DNA of 50,406 bases from a virus (lineage: Duplodnaviria > Caudoviricetes), in the IMG/VR virus record IMGVR_UViG_3300044477_000062, positions 1 to 50,406 of that record; one strand, given 5' to 3'. The translations under genes were made by a program, and so were the position numbers. This document shows positions 1 through 9,218 of the stretch, in pieces; the stretch's first letter is position 1, and each line of letters starts with the position of its first letter. Under the pieces are notes generated by a model, which ran no database searches, had not been told where the DNA came from, and worked only from the letters and a program-made list of their open reading frames with translations.

Positions 1-242
1 CTTAACTCTTCCAATGCATTTCTGTATTGATCCCATTCATCACGCATGAAGTGCCTGCGCATTTCGAAAACCTGAGATTGCGCTTTTAGTCTATCAGGTA
101 GTTTTCCTAGTGTCATCTGGTAAACTAAGTTTCCAAGAACCTGATAATTCTTTTCGCACCAATGTTCAGCTTGATCTGCTGGAAGCCCTCCAATCGTGCG
201 GCTTCCGGTGTAGATTGCTTCAGAGTTTGTTGTTAGTGACAT
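1..242 (-). CDS. Hypothetical protein, truncated at window edge (MSLTTNSEAIYTG...)
   Basis: ATG at 242, 3 nt after the stop of the helicase-methylase; frame open to position 1. Confidence 0.6.
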   Translation of the reverse strand, partial: MSLTTNSEAIYTGSRTIGGLPADQAEHWCEKNYQVLGNLVYQMTLGKLPDRLKAQSQVFEMRRHFMRDEWDQYRNALEEL

Positions 243-245
243 AAT

Positions 246-2735
246 TTAAGCCGCACTAATGTTTTCAAAATCAAACAAACTTGGCATTGTTGCCTGTTCT
301 TCGGCAGATCTCAGATAAGAGAGAGAATCCGCGTAAGAAATTGGATTGAGTTCGCAACACATACCGCGACGACCTAATTTAATTGCCCTGTATGGAACCG
401 TTCCAAGCCCGCCAAAAGGATCATAAACAAGATCATTTTTATTGGAGTATCTTGTTATAATTCTGTCAACAATATCAAACTGTAAAGGGCAAATATGCTG
501 ATTCAGATTTCTTTGAGCCTGATCTGAATTAAGCGTAATCATTCTGCACACATCATGCCATACATCTTCCTGCCATGATCCAGGTGCAAGAGTCATAAAC
601 GAACTCGGTAGGCATCCTTTTAAGTCGAGTTCTTCACCAATCTTTACATGGTGCTCGTAGTTGTAAATATTATTCAAAGTATGCTCTGTAAATGCTCTGG
701 ATAATACTTCTGGTGGATACTTGGCCATTTCTTCAGCAGAAAGAAGCCTGTTTCCTGATGATCTCCAAAGCGCATGTGCGTCTACTTGCCAACGTGCCCG
801 GGTATAATCATCTTTTGATTTTTCAACCTTTTCGTCAGCATATGCTTTTGATCTATCTGTTGGCAATTTACGAAATAGTAGAATGTATTCAGGGCAACCC
901 ACACCCATTTTAGAGCCATCCTTGCACTGCTCAGACCATCCTAGTCGGTATGTTTGGTTGTTCTCCCTGACAACATCAGTAACAACCGTGATCATTCCAA
1001 AGTAAATAAAACCATGTCTTCTGTAGTGCTCAATGCAGGTGCAGTGGAAAGGATCCATACTTGGCATTCCATAACCAGTAACATTTCCAAACTGTACACG
1101 ATCTTTTACATGTATTGCAGCAACTCGACCAGGTTTTAACACTCTCAATAGTTGAGGTGAGAGAAAATCCATCTGCTCAAAAAACCTGTCATTATTCTGA
1201 TTGTGTCCAAAGTCTTCATAAGTCGGAGTGTATTCATAATGGTTGCTGAACGGTATTGATGTATGAATTAAATCAATAGAATCTGATTCGATTCTACTTG
1301 TTTCGTCAACACAATCATTATTAACCGCGGTAAACAATTGACTTTTTGATACAACGCGCTTTACACCGAGCGATCTTTTTAATTCTGAAGCCATCTCAGA
1401 GTGAGATAGCCCGTATTTTTTTATAATCTCTGTCATTTCTTCCACCATCTTTTTGTGTTGTGACCATTTACGCATGAGTGTTTTAAGCACTTCTATTTCC
1501 GTGTCTGTAAATATCAAATAAATGTGACATTCGAACGTCTGTAGAAATCTGTAAATTCTATGAACAGCCTGAATCCAATCATTAAATTTAAATCCAATTC
1601 CTACGAATATTGCATTGCAGCAGTGCTTTTGAAAGTTGCATCCTGATCCTGAAAGAATAGGTTTTGTTCCCAGATATTTTGTCAATCCATTTGAGAAGTC
1701 AATAATATTTTGCTCCCTAATTTCCAAATCCTGTGAACCGTAAACTTCGATTGTTTCAGGAAGAGCTTTCTTTATTGCGACTCGTTCAGATTCCTGATCA
1801 TGCCACAAAATGAAATGCTCATCAGGTTTTGAATTGACAATTTCAAGCATTTTAGCAACGCGCAAGTCTATTGAATCGCGTTTTTCTTTTGAAGCTTCTT
1901 TTAGTCCAAGCGCAGCATTTGGCATGCAATTTAGTTGTCCGTCGCGATCTTCGTACACTCTTGACTCTGTGGTAACAATACACTCATGAACATGCAATTT
2001 AGGCAGATCGTAACCTTCATCGGAGTAACCCAAATCAGAAGGCTTATTTATAAATATCGCCCAAGATGAAACCCATAACCAGAACTCTTTTTCCATATGT
2101 GGGTGCAACTGCAAATTTCCTGCCTGCGTTGAATCGCGTTTAAAAAACCTTGTTAAAGCCTGCCCTGTATCCATCACCCCAAGGAATCCAGCATAGTGAA
2201 TAAGCTCTTTGAATTCATTCGGCGCAGGCGTAGCAGTATTGACAAACTTGTACTTAATGCCATTGAATAAGCCTAAAAAAGTCTGGTATGTTTTAGAACC
2301 GAACGAACGCAAAACAGAAGCTTCATCAAGTGAGACTGTATTAAATAGATTTACGTCAAGTTTTCCATCTCTGACTGATTCGTAATTTGTAATGTAGGCA
2401 CCATCAGAATTGACGTGTTCAGATCTGTTTACAAATTGCAAGTTAAAACCAAGATTTGGAGCGTGTGAAATAAATTCATAGCGAACACCAAGCGGGCATA
2501 TTATCAATTGTCTACCAGCTTCTTTTTTCTGAATAATGCGAGCTATTTCAAGTTGCATATATGTTTTCCCAAGTCCAAAACTTGCGAAAATTGCACGCCT
2601 TCCACCTTCTAAGCCCCAGCGAACTATATCAGACTGGTGTGGTTTCAATAGTGTTGACATTTCGGACTGGTCAACACTAAAACCTGTTTTTCTTGACAGA
2701 CAGATTTTTGATTCAAGGAAATTCTGATAACTCAT
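246..2735 (-). CDS. SNF2-like helicase fused to an N4/N6 DNA methyltransferase
   Basis: Walker A-like FGLGKT, DEAS, TAT motifs in the N-terminal part; C-terminal TSIPF (motif IV variant) preceding DPFGGLGT (motif I), beta-class order. Confidence 0.88.
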   Translation of the reverse strand: MSYQNFLESKICLSRKTGFSVDQSEMSTLLKPHQSDIVRWGLEGGRRAIFASFGLGKTYMQLEIARIIQKKEAGRQLIICPLGVRYEFISHAPNLGFNLQFVNRSEHVNSDGAYITNYESVRDGKLDVNLFNTVSLDEASVLRSFGSKTYQTFLGLFNGIKYKFVNTATPAPNEFKELIHYAGFLGVMDTGQALTRFFKRDSTQAGNLQLHPHMEKEFWLWVSSWAIFINKPSDLGYSDEGYDLPKLHVHECIVTTESRVYEDRDGQLNCMPNAALGLKEASKEKRDSIDLRVAKMLEIVNSKPDEHFILWHDQESERVAIKKALPETIEVYGSQDLEIREQNIIDFSNGLTKYLGTKPILSGSGCNFQKHCCNAIFVGIGFKFNDWIQAVHRIYRFLQTFECHIYLIFTDTEIEVLKTLMRKWSQHKKMVEEMTEIIKKYGLSHSEMASELKRSLGVKRVVSKSQLFTAVNNDCVDETSRIESDSIDLIHTSIPFSNHYEYTPTYEDFGHNQNNDRFFEQMDFLSPQLLRVLKPGRVAAIHVKDRVQFGNVTGYGMPSMDPFHCTCIEHYRRHGFIYFGMITVVTDVVRENNQTYRLGWSEQCKDGSKMGVGCPEYILLFRKLPTDRSKAYADEKVEKSKDDYTRARWQVDAHALWRSSGNRLLSAEEMAKYPPEVLSRAFTEHTLNNIYNYEHHVKIGEELDLKGCLPSSFMTLAPGSWQEDVWHDVCRMITLNSDQAQRNLNQHICPLQFDIVDRIITRYSNKNDLVYDPFGGLGTVPYRAIKLGRRGMCCELNPISYADSLSYLRSAEEQATMPSLFDFENISAA

Positions 2736-2736
2736 T

Positions 2737-2913
2737 TTACACCAATCCTAATTCATTCATAAACATATCTTCAGTTCCAAGATATTTGTATGATTTGCCT
2801 GTTGTTGTTATGATGAAAACTACAGGGTTTTCATCATTTCTCGTCATATCAACAAAATTTTCAATAAGTGAAGTATTAAGCCACACACCACCTTCAACTT
2901 GTATAACTTTCAT
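2737..2913 (-). CDS. Small hypothetical protein (MKVIQVEGGVWLNTSLIE..., 58 aa), not in ORF track
   Basis: ATGA overlap with the upstream gene; fills the gap up to the start of the next gene. Confidence 0.6.
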   Translation of the reverse strand: MKVIQVEGGVWLNTSLIENFVDMTRNDENPVVFIITTTGKSYKYLGTEDMFMNELGLV

Positions 2914-3122
2914 AAGAAACTCCTAATCCCGTGCAAAATTTCAGCACCGCAAGATGAAACCAAAGCGATTATTGCCAACCCAGCAAACCAAATCCAGCAA
3001 TACCAACACATGTCAGAGCTGTGCTTAATTGACTTGCGACTATAGTATCTATCCCGAGATTCTTGTGTCATGTTTGCGAGCTCCTTTTTACTTCTGATGA
3101 TGATTGATTTATTCATTTTCAC
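2910..3122 (-). CDS. Small hypothetical membrane protein
   Basis: AAAAAGG RBS and promoter upstream; hydrophobic C-terminal segment. Confidence 0.6.
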   Translation of the reverse strand: MKMNKSIIIRSKKELANMTQESRDRYYSRKSIKHSSDMCWYCWIWFAGLAIIALVSSCGAEILHGIRSFL

Positions 3123-3123
3123 A

Positions 3124-3206
3124 CCTTTTTAATTGTTGTATCTAACTATAATTAAATATAATTAGCTATAGATTGATTGCGCAAGAAAAAAGTGCGCTAA
3201 AGCGAA
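3124..3206 (-). promoter_or_regulatory. Sigma70-type promoter with three putative operators (copy A)
   Basis: TTGCGC-N18-TATATT on minus strand; ~50 bp near-identical to 6711-6762; 14-bp boxes at 3142, 3162, 3193. Confidence 0.7.
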
Positions 3207-4543
3207 TAATTATTACTCACAATTTGACCATCCTCAATAAACAATCCGACTTTGCCAGATTCGTCCACAGCTTCAATCCAGACTTGATAGTCATTATCCT
3301 TTGCCATTTCTTCTATAATCGCCATGGATTTACTATCCAACAATGAACCATCATCGATCCGGATCACCCTAAGTTTCGGATTTAGAGCCATAGCAATCGC
3401 AACTGACGCCCGTAGTTTTGCAGCACTGGAAGCCTGATCGAATGGTAACCCGTCAAGTGTAACTCCAGCAGAAGAGAATCCAAGCCCTTTAATTGGAAAT
3501 TTCACCGAAGAAACAAGATCTTCTTTATATTTTTTAACCTGTTCCAGAACAGATGTAAAGTGATCAGATTTCACTGCGAGCTGCTTTTCCTGATTTTGCA
3601 ACTGGACTTTTCTTTCCCAGTTTTGAGCAATGCGGTTTATTTGGTCTGCAGCCTGTATTTTTCCGGTTACTTCAGACAAATCCAAATCGACCAACCCAGA
3701 AACCTTCTTGGCCTGTGCGTCAAGTTCAGACTGATTTTTGTCCCTAACTTTTTTAAATGATTCTAATCTATTTTTTGCGTCAATCATCTTTTTTTCGAGC
3801 ATCATAATTTCATCAATGGAAGATTTTATCTGCTCTTCGGAAGTTTTTACATACCCAGTATAAAGCGTAATCAACTCGCGTTCTTTGTTGTTGTCACTAT
3901 TTACATTTGCAATACGCTCTTTTTCTGCAACAAGCTCAACAATGTCAACCGGCTTAGTCTCAACTACTTCAGCAAGTGGCAACAACTGAGATTCAATATT
4001 TTTCAAATCTCTATTGACATCACGGCGTTTTTCCTCAACCGCCTTATATGCACCATTAATTGCACTAATCGGATTATCAACTTCCTGGAGCGTTTCGCCT
4101 GTGATCTGACATAACTTTGCATTGTCAACTTTCATCTGAGTAACCGACAAAAGAGTGTTCATTTGATCTTCAGGTTTTGACTTGGCAAATTTAAGTGGAT
4201 CAAATGACAATCGACCAACCAACGCATCAATGATAGCTTGAGGCGACTTGAAAACAGCACCTTCTTTATTCGCAACTTCAACAGTAGTGCCTGATGCAAG
4301 AAATTTTCTAGTGACAATCAAATCACCCAAATCAAGAGTAATTTTAGCCTTGTCCTGACCTTCCCGAATCGGCTTTTCCTGAATATCTTTAGTGCCGCCA
4401 AGTGCCCACCAAATACAATCAAGAATAGTTGTTTTTCCCTGTTCATTTGCACCGGTGATTTTTATCACTGATTGGTCAGCCAAGTTGATTGCGACAGCTT
4501 TGAGCTTCTTTACATTTTCTGCAATTAATTTAATGATTTTCAC
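3197..4543 (-). CDS. AAA ATPase with coiled coil (RecN/SbcC/Rad50-like)
   Basis: GANEQGKT Walker A, long coiled coil, signature-like ASSA, IRIDDGSLLD Walker B. Confidence 0.85.
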   Translation of the reverse strand: MKIIKLIAENVKKLKAVAINLADQSVIKITGANEQGKTTILDCIWWALGGTKDIQEKPIREGQDKAKITLDLGDLIVTRKFLASGTTVEVANKEGAVFKSPQAIIDALVGRLSFDPLKFAKSKPEDQMNTLLSVTQMKVDNAKLCQITGETLQEVDNPISAINGAYKAVEEKRRDVNRDLKNIESQLLPLAEVVETKPVDIVELVAEKERIANVNSDNNKERELITLYTGYVKTSEEQIKSSIDEIMMLEKKMIDAKNRLESFKKVRDKNQSELDAQAKKVSGLVDLDLSEVTGKIQAADQINRIAQNWERKVQLQNQEKQLAVKSDHFTSVLEQVKKYKEDLVSSVKFPIKGLGFSSAGVTLDGLPFDQASSAAKLRASVAIAMALNPKLRVIRIDDGSLLDSKSMAIIEEMAKDNDYQVWIEAVDESGKVGLFIEDGQIVSNNYSL

Positions 4544-4656
4544 TTTGATTTTCCTTTTGTTTTATTCAACTCACATTTATTACAACCGAAATTCTGGCGC
4601 CATGTTTTATTAACACAGCGAGAAGATTTGCATGGTAGTTTTTCCTTTATTTTCAT
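4540..4656 (-). CDS. 38-aa Cys-containing microprotein (MKIKEKLPCKSSRCVNKTWRQNFGCNKCELNKTKGKSK), not in ORF track
   Basis: AAAGG RBS upstream; GTGA overlap with the ATPase start; C-x4-C...C-x2-C. Confidence 0.55.
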   Translation of the reverse strand: MKIKEKLPCKSSRCVNKTWRQNFGCNKCELNKTKGKSK

Positions 4657-4753
4657 TCTATCAACCTTTATTAAATTGGCGATTGGCCGGCGTTCTTTTC
4701 CACTGTACTTATTTTAGTTCACCGGCCAATATCCACCCGGACGGCGCCAAATA

Positions 4754-5362
4754 TTAAAATGAATGTTTTTCGAGTAGTTCGTTTAGTTCGGTTTGCATCT
4801 TTCTAACTCCGCGCAAACCTTTTTCAATTTCGTTAGTAAACATGTAGCGGTACAACTTTACAATGTGTAGTGGCCGCTCTGGTCTGAATCCACAATACGA
4901 AATGAAATGAACCTCTTTAATTGTGGGCTCGACTGCAAAGTAATTAATACACTGAGCTATATATTTCTGGTCCACACCTTCATAGATTCGTTCCAGATGA
5001 ATGTAACCGTTCTGAGTACACTTTACTTCTTGCACAATAGTTTCATCCATTGAAAGGCCGTCAGATGAAGCCATGTGAATTTCGTCAACGTCAGATTGAA
5101 GTGTGATTCCTTCAGTTAATTCAATCCCGGTTCTTTCTTCGTATAGTTCGAGAGCGAGTGATTGATTGTCGATTCCATATTGCATATCATCAGTTATAAT
5201 TCCATCATTCGCCATAACACCGTTTAGTTTTTCATCCATAAGCTCATAGATTAAACGATTCTTTTTTCCAGAAAGAATTGCACCAAACCGAGTGCCTGAT
5301 ATTTTACCTGCATGAAACCTAAGCCATTGAAGGCTAAGTTGTGGATATTCAAATTTCTTCAA
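4754..5362 (-). CDS. YqaJ/lambda-exonuclease-like recombination nuclease
   Basis: W...GKISGT, YG...E, ASSDGL, EVKC motifs. Confidence 0.85.
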   Translation of the reverse strand: MKKFEYPQLSLQWLRFHAGKISGTRFGAILSGKKNRLIYELMDEKLNGVMANDGIITDDMQYGIDNQSLALELYEERTGIELTEGITLQSDVDEIHMASSDGLSMDETIVQEVKCTQNGYIHLERIYEGVDQKYIAQCINYFAVEPTIKEVHFISYCGFRPERPLHIVKLYRYMFTNEIEKGLRGVRKMQTELNELLEKHSF

Positions 5363-5555
5363 CTTGAGCCCCCATTTCTACCAACTCTATTTCATCTTTG
5401 TGATACCACCCAAAACTCCAACATGTTTGTATACAGTGTGAAAGACATTTATTATGTTGATCTATTTGACAAACAAATCCAAGTGAGCCATTTTTTATAT
5501 AATCATGTCTGGAGCTTTTTATTTTTACTAGTGATTCAAGTTTTATCTCTGCCAT
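5349..5555 (-). CDS. Hypothetical protein
   Basis: ORF overlapping both neighbours in the operon. Confidence 0.55.
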   Translation of the reverse strand: MAEIKLESLVKIKSSRHDYIKNGSLGFVCQIDQHNKCLSHCIQTCWSFGWYHKDEIELVEMGAQVEEI

Positions 5556-6097
5556 TATTTTACTGCCTGTTCTGAGGTTAATTTGTTTTTCATTTCGTCT
5601 TTTACTGCAACTACAACAGCCTGTTCTTGTGGAGTCAATGAAGTAAAAGTTGTTTTGAGTTCGTCAAGCGTAGTGCAAGCCCTTATTTTAAGTGCAAGCA
5701 GCTCAGAATTAATTTTTATTTCCGGGCTTGGAAGAGATTTTTTTACTCTCAACGCGTCAACTTCGTCACCAAATGCACTTACTTTTTTTGACATAATGAC
5801 AATACGCTTACCTGCCCACTCCTCAATAAATGGCCCATACAACTTTTCAATTGTTTTGCAGTTGGTCTTATTTAGCACCATTGGTTTGCTGTGTTCGCGA
5901 AAATACGCAACTAAACAAACCTGTTCGTCACCGCGAGTATCCTTGACCTTTTCACTTGCAGTGCGTGCAATAGTGAGCGTTCTTTCTTCACCAGGTTCAA
6001 GTTCGTAGGCTCCAGTGTACTTGTAATCAAAATTTTGCTTCCAATGGGTCTTATTTACTCCACTCATAGCAACTCCTTTTAAAAGTTTAGAAAACAA
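5555..6097 (-). CDS. Conserved phage protein near the exonuclease, possible ssDNA-binding/annealing partner (likely start 6067, MSGVNK)
   Basis: KPMVLNKTN...WAGKRI...AFG...ALRV pattern recurrent in phage recombination modules; AAAGGAG RBS before 6067. Confidence 0.6.
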   Translation of the reverse strand: MFSKLLKGVAMSGVNKTHWKQNFDYKYTGAYELEPGEERTLTIARTASEKVKDTRGDEQVCLVAYFREHSKPMVLNKTNCKTIEKLYGPFIEEWAGKRIVIMSKKVSAFGDEVDALRVKKSLPSPEIKINSELLALKIRACTTLDELKTTFTSLTPQEQAVVVAVKDEMKNKLTSEQAVK

Positions 6098-6123
6098 TGC
6101 ACATATTTCTATGCGCTTTAAAT

Positions 6124-6402
6124 TTACGCGTGCAAACTCTGAATAAATTCAGGACTGTCGAAATCAATCAAAGTGTAAAGTGCATCAACCATCTCATATT
6201 TGAGCTTGTTTGTGAAAATCTGAGAATCCCAGGGCATCTCACATTCAACTTCGAACTGACAATTGCAGAACGAAACAGGTTCATTCACGTTGTAAAGTTT
6301 AACGTCGAGAAAATTAATCCCTTCAACTTCGAATGGTTTTGTTGATTCTACGTTAGTCAACATACAGACAAATTCACCGTTTTTACTGATTGAGATTTTC
6401 AT
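6124..6402 (-). CDS. Hypothetical protein
   Basis: AGGAG RBS; operon position. Confidence 0.6.
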   Translation of the reverse strand: MKISISKNGEFVCMLTNVESTKPFEVEGINFLDVKLYNVNEPVSFCNCQFEVECEMPWDSQIFTNKLKYEMVDALYTLIDFDSPEFIQSLHA

Positions 6403-6404
6403 AA

Positions 6405-6491
6405 TTAACTCCTGTTTATGATGACGTATTTAAGGAAAAAACAAACGATACAACCAAGAATAATCAAACCAACGAAATCTGCAACTGTCAT
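6405..6491 (-). CDS. 28-aa single-pass membrane microprotein (MTVADFVGLIILGCIVCFFLKYVIINRS), not in ORF track
   Basis: GGGGTGA RBS-like sequence upstream; fills the gap exactly; hydrophobic core. Confidence 0.5.
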   Translation of the reverse strand: MTVADFVGLIILGCIVCFFLKYVIINRS

Positions 6492-6494
6492 AGA

Positions 6495-6701
6495 TCACCC
6501 CACAAAAGAATAGAAATTTTTATAAGCAATTGAACATTCAATAGTTTGTTTGCAACCATCACAACCAGATATTATTCCCCAGTCTGCACCGAACTCAGCA
6601 AAATTATTACACTCTTGAATTTCTTCAGGTGTGCCGTACAACTTCTCAAAGAGCCTTTCTCTTTCCATCTCGACTTCTTCTTGCCAGCTATATTCGTTCA
6701 T
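6495..6701 (-). CDS. Small acidic Cys-containing hypothetical protein
   Basis: AAAAGGA RBS directly downstream of promoter copy B. Confidence 0.6.
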   Translation of the reverse strand: MNEYSWQEEVEMERERLFEKLYGTPEEIQECNNFAEFGADWGIISGCDGCKQTIECSIAYKNFYSFVG

Positions 6702-6710
6702 TTTGCGATT

Positions 6711-6792
6711 CCTTTTAATTGTTGTTGCTAACTATAATTAAATATACTTCGCTATAGATTGAAGTGAAAGAAAAAAATGTAACTAAAGCGAA
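6711..6792 (-). promoter_or_regulatory. Sigma70-type promoter with three putative operators (copy B)
   Basis: TTTCAC-N17-TATATT on minus strand; boxes at 6728, 6748, 6779. Confidence 0.7.
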
Positions 6793-7353
6793 TTATTTTT
6801 TAACACTTTTTCCTCTAAAACTTGAACCAGTCAAAACAACCATTCCACCAGTCTCTAAAACACGATCACAGATTGAGGGTCCAAGCTGCTTATTAAGCTG
6901 CTCAGGAGTATCATTCGAAATAATTATTGTGGATTTCATTGAATCGTAACGCTTATCGATAATGTGATCCATCATCCTATTTTCGAATTGACTGTCAGAT
7001 CTTACTTCAAAAGCGTCAATCACAAGGAAGAATGGTTTTGTATACTCAGTGATTGCAGACCGCTCAGAATCACCATCAGTGCGCATAGATTCGCGGATTC
7101 TTAGGAAAATGTCAGTTGATTTAGAATACAAACATGTTTTTTCTAAATTGTGGGCACAGTGTCCGATCAGGCACGATGCAAGCTGAGTTTTTCCAGCTCC
7201 ACGAACTCCAACAATGGGGATTATTACACCACCATCTAATTTCTGCTTCAGAGCCTCATACAGCCTAGACCACTCTGAGCCTGTGCTCTGGTCGGGTCGA
7301 AACGTTCTGTGGCGTTCTGGTACGCCTGCTGCATTGTATAAATTTAAATTCAT
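6793..7353 (-). CDS. DnaC/IstB-like helicase loader ATPase
   Basis: GVRGAGKT Walker A, IIDKRY...TIIISN, ICDRV; follows the initiator gene. Confidence 0.85.
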   Translation of the reverse strand: MNLNLYNAAGVPERHRTFRPDQSTGSEWSRLYEALKQKLDGGVIIPIVGVRGAGKTQLASCLIGHCAHNLEKTCLYSKSTDIFLRIRESMRTDGDSERSAITEYTKPFFLVIDAFEVRSDSQFENRMMDHIIDKRYDSMKSTIIISNDTPEQLNKQLGPSICDRVLETGGMVVLTGSSFRGKSVKK

Positions 7354-8135
7354 AACTCCAACATCGGAATGGGTTTGTAATGTTCGTTAAATTCCTTTTT
7401 TTTCTGTTCTTCCCGGTAATCTGGTTTTTCTCGCGGCTTATAAACTTTGTTCATCTGCTGCGAAATGGAATTAATCAAAGTTGCAACCATATCGATTTCT
7501 TTTGTGCGTGATTTCTTTTTATGCTTCCACCCTGCTTCGGTACCCCAAAAAGTCACGACAGCTTTTTCAACAGTGAGAAGAATGTCTACATTTGGATTTA
7601 GCCGCTCATGCTTTGAAACTAGATCTGGATCTTTTTTAAATTTGTCGTGAGCAGCTTTAACCAAATCAAAATAAATATCGATATCGTCACGCCAGATTTT
7701 TGTTTCTCCTTTGGAATCCTCTTCTTTTAATACAGAAGAATTAGTAAGAATAGAATTGAATAGAATAGAACCGTGTTTGGGGGGTGATGTATGGCGTGCA
7801 CACACTGCACTCATAGTCTGCTCTGAGTCAACACATACCCAATGAAGTGTATTTGAAAGATATGTTATTGAATTTAATAGTGTTGTGTGATTAATCATCG
7901 TCTCTAAAGAAAGATCTTCTATTGACATTTCGATAATTCCGCGCGGATTTTGACGAGAAGCGCACTCAACCATCGCAATCCAGCAACCGAAGATCTCAGC
8001 GCCGTTTTTTTGCTGCATAATCTTCTTATATCCCAAACCTTGCTTGTTCGGAATTGGAACCCATCGCAAATTTTCCCACCTTTTCGACTGTGAATTTTCA
8101 AAGTATTTATCCCAGTCATTTATAATTATTGCCAT
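7350..8135 (-). CDS. Replication initiator / replisome organizer
   Basis: Position between Cro-like and DnaC-like genes; N-terminal helical domain and low-complexity SILFNSIL linker. Confidence 0.7.
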   Translation of the reverse strand: MAIIINDWDKYFENSQSKRWENLRWVPIPNKQGLGYKKIMQQKNGAEIFGCWIAMVECASRQNPRGIIEMSIEDLSLETMINHTTLLNSITYLSNTLHWVCVDSEQTMSAVCARHTSPPKHGSILFNSILTNSSVLKEEDSKGETKIWRDDIDIYFDLVKAAHDKFKKDPDLVSKHERLNPNVDILLTVEKAVVTFWGTEAGWKHKKKSRTKEIDMVATLINSISQQMNKVYKPREKPDYREEQKKKEFNEHYKPIPMLEL

Positions 8136-8150
8136 AAATTCACCTGGGAG

Positions 8151-8420
8151 TTACATGTTTTTGATTACGCTTTTTTCAAATTTTGATATAGCCTTTTCAA
8201 TAGCGACAATTTCGCTTTCATGTAATCCAATTTCTTTTCTCAGTTTAATATTCAAACTATTGTATGAAAAAATCTGAGGACTTATTTCTCTCCGGAACTC
8301 AGCAACTGTGATTCTGAAGTTTTTCATTTTCTTATTCACAGCATCAATTCGCTCATCATAACGCTGTAGCGGCTTGGCTCCACGCTTTTTAATTTCTACT
8401 TTAACAGCTTTTTTTTGCAT
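8151..8420 (-). CDS. Cro-like small basic DNA-binding protein
   Basis: Divergent from the CI-like gene; basic, HTH-sized; first gene of the early operon. Confidence 0.6.
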   Translation of the reverse strand: MQKKAVKVEIKKRGAKPLQRYDERIDAVNKKMKNFRITVAEFRREISPQIFSYNSLNIKLRKEIGLHESEIVAIEKAISKFEKSVIKNM

Positions 8421-8455
8421 TGTGACTCACTCCTTATTATTTTTGATGAAATTTG

Positions 8456-8537
8456 TTGATATTTTAGTTATGACTAATCATAATTAAATATAGTTATCTA
8501 AAGTTAGAATGTCAAACATTTTCCTAACTATAGCGGA
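8456..8537. promoter_or_regulatory. Genetic switch: overlapping opposed promoters and three operators (copy C)
   Basis: Minus strand TTGACA-N17-TATATT (8515-8487); plus strand TTGATA-N17-CATAAT (8456-8484); boxes at 8474, 8494, 8524. Confidence 0.75.
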
Positions 8538-8546
8538 AAGGAATCC

Positions 8547-9062
8547 ATGAGTAATATTTCTGAACGGCTCGAACAGGTGCGGGCCAAAGCTGGATTGAAT
8601 AAATCACAATTAGCCTTAAAGTGTGGTATTTCAACAGCTTATATGTCTGATATATTTAATAAAGGCAAGCAGCCAGGAACTGAAGTTTTTCAAACACTTA
8701 AAACAAGTCTGCCTGAAATAAATCTAAATTGGCTCATTACCGGTGAAGGACAAATGTACACCGCTTTTGAAAAATCAGAAGAGAGCTTACCGAATCATCC
8801 ACCTCCGGATAATCCTGGTAATAAAAACGATTTGATAGAACTTGCATCAAGAATGTATTCAGATCAAAATTCAAAACTTGACAAAGTTCTATCATTGGCA
8901 GAATCACAGCAGAGAGTAATTGAAACACTAAGTATAACTTTGCGTAGCGTCGCAGGTCCCTCATCAAACACACACCATGATAATAAAAAGCAGCAAGAGG
9001 AGAACCAAGAGCGCGTTAAATTCAGGCCAAGATCAAAGCAACCTGATGACGCGCTCCATTAA
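8547..9062 (+). CDS. CI-like XRE-family HTH repressor
   Basis: ISERL...GLNKSQLA...GIS...INLNWLITGEGQM HTH signature; AAAGGA RBS. Confidence 0.85.
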   Translation: MSNISERLEQVRAKAGLNKSQLALKCGISTAYMSDIFNKGKQPGTEVFQTLKTSLPEINLNWLITGEGQMYTAFEKSEESLPNHPPPDNPGNKNDLIELASRMYSDQNSKLDKVLSLAESQQRVIETLSITLRSVAGPSSNTHHDNKKQQEENQERVKFRPRSKQPDDALH

Positions 9063-9218
9063 ATAAGCCACTGAATTGTATTGTAATGACCAAAGAGGAT
9101 ATTTTGAAAAACATGTGGGACCAGTATATTAAGGGGATGTTATCGGGGTGCATCATATATAATTGTCAAAATTTCCACAATGTAAAAGCTTTAATTTCTA
9201 TGAGCGGGTGAGGTTGCT

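Noticed and set aside
3124-6792. Repeats as a CRISPR array or att sites
   Set aside because: Only two near-identical copies 3.6 kb apart with promoter architecture; no spacers or cas genes
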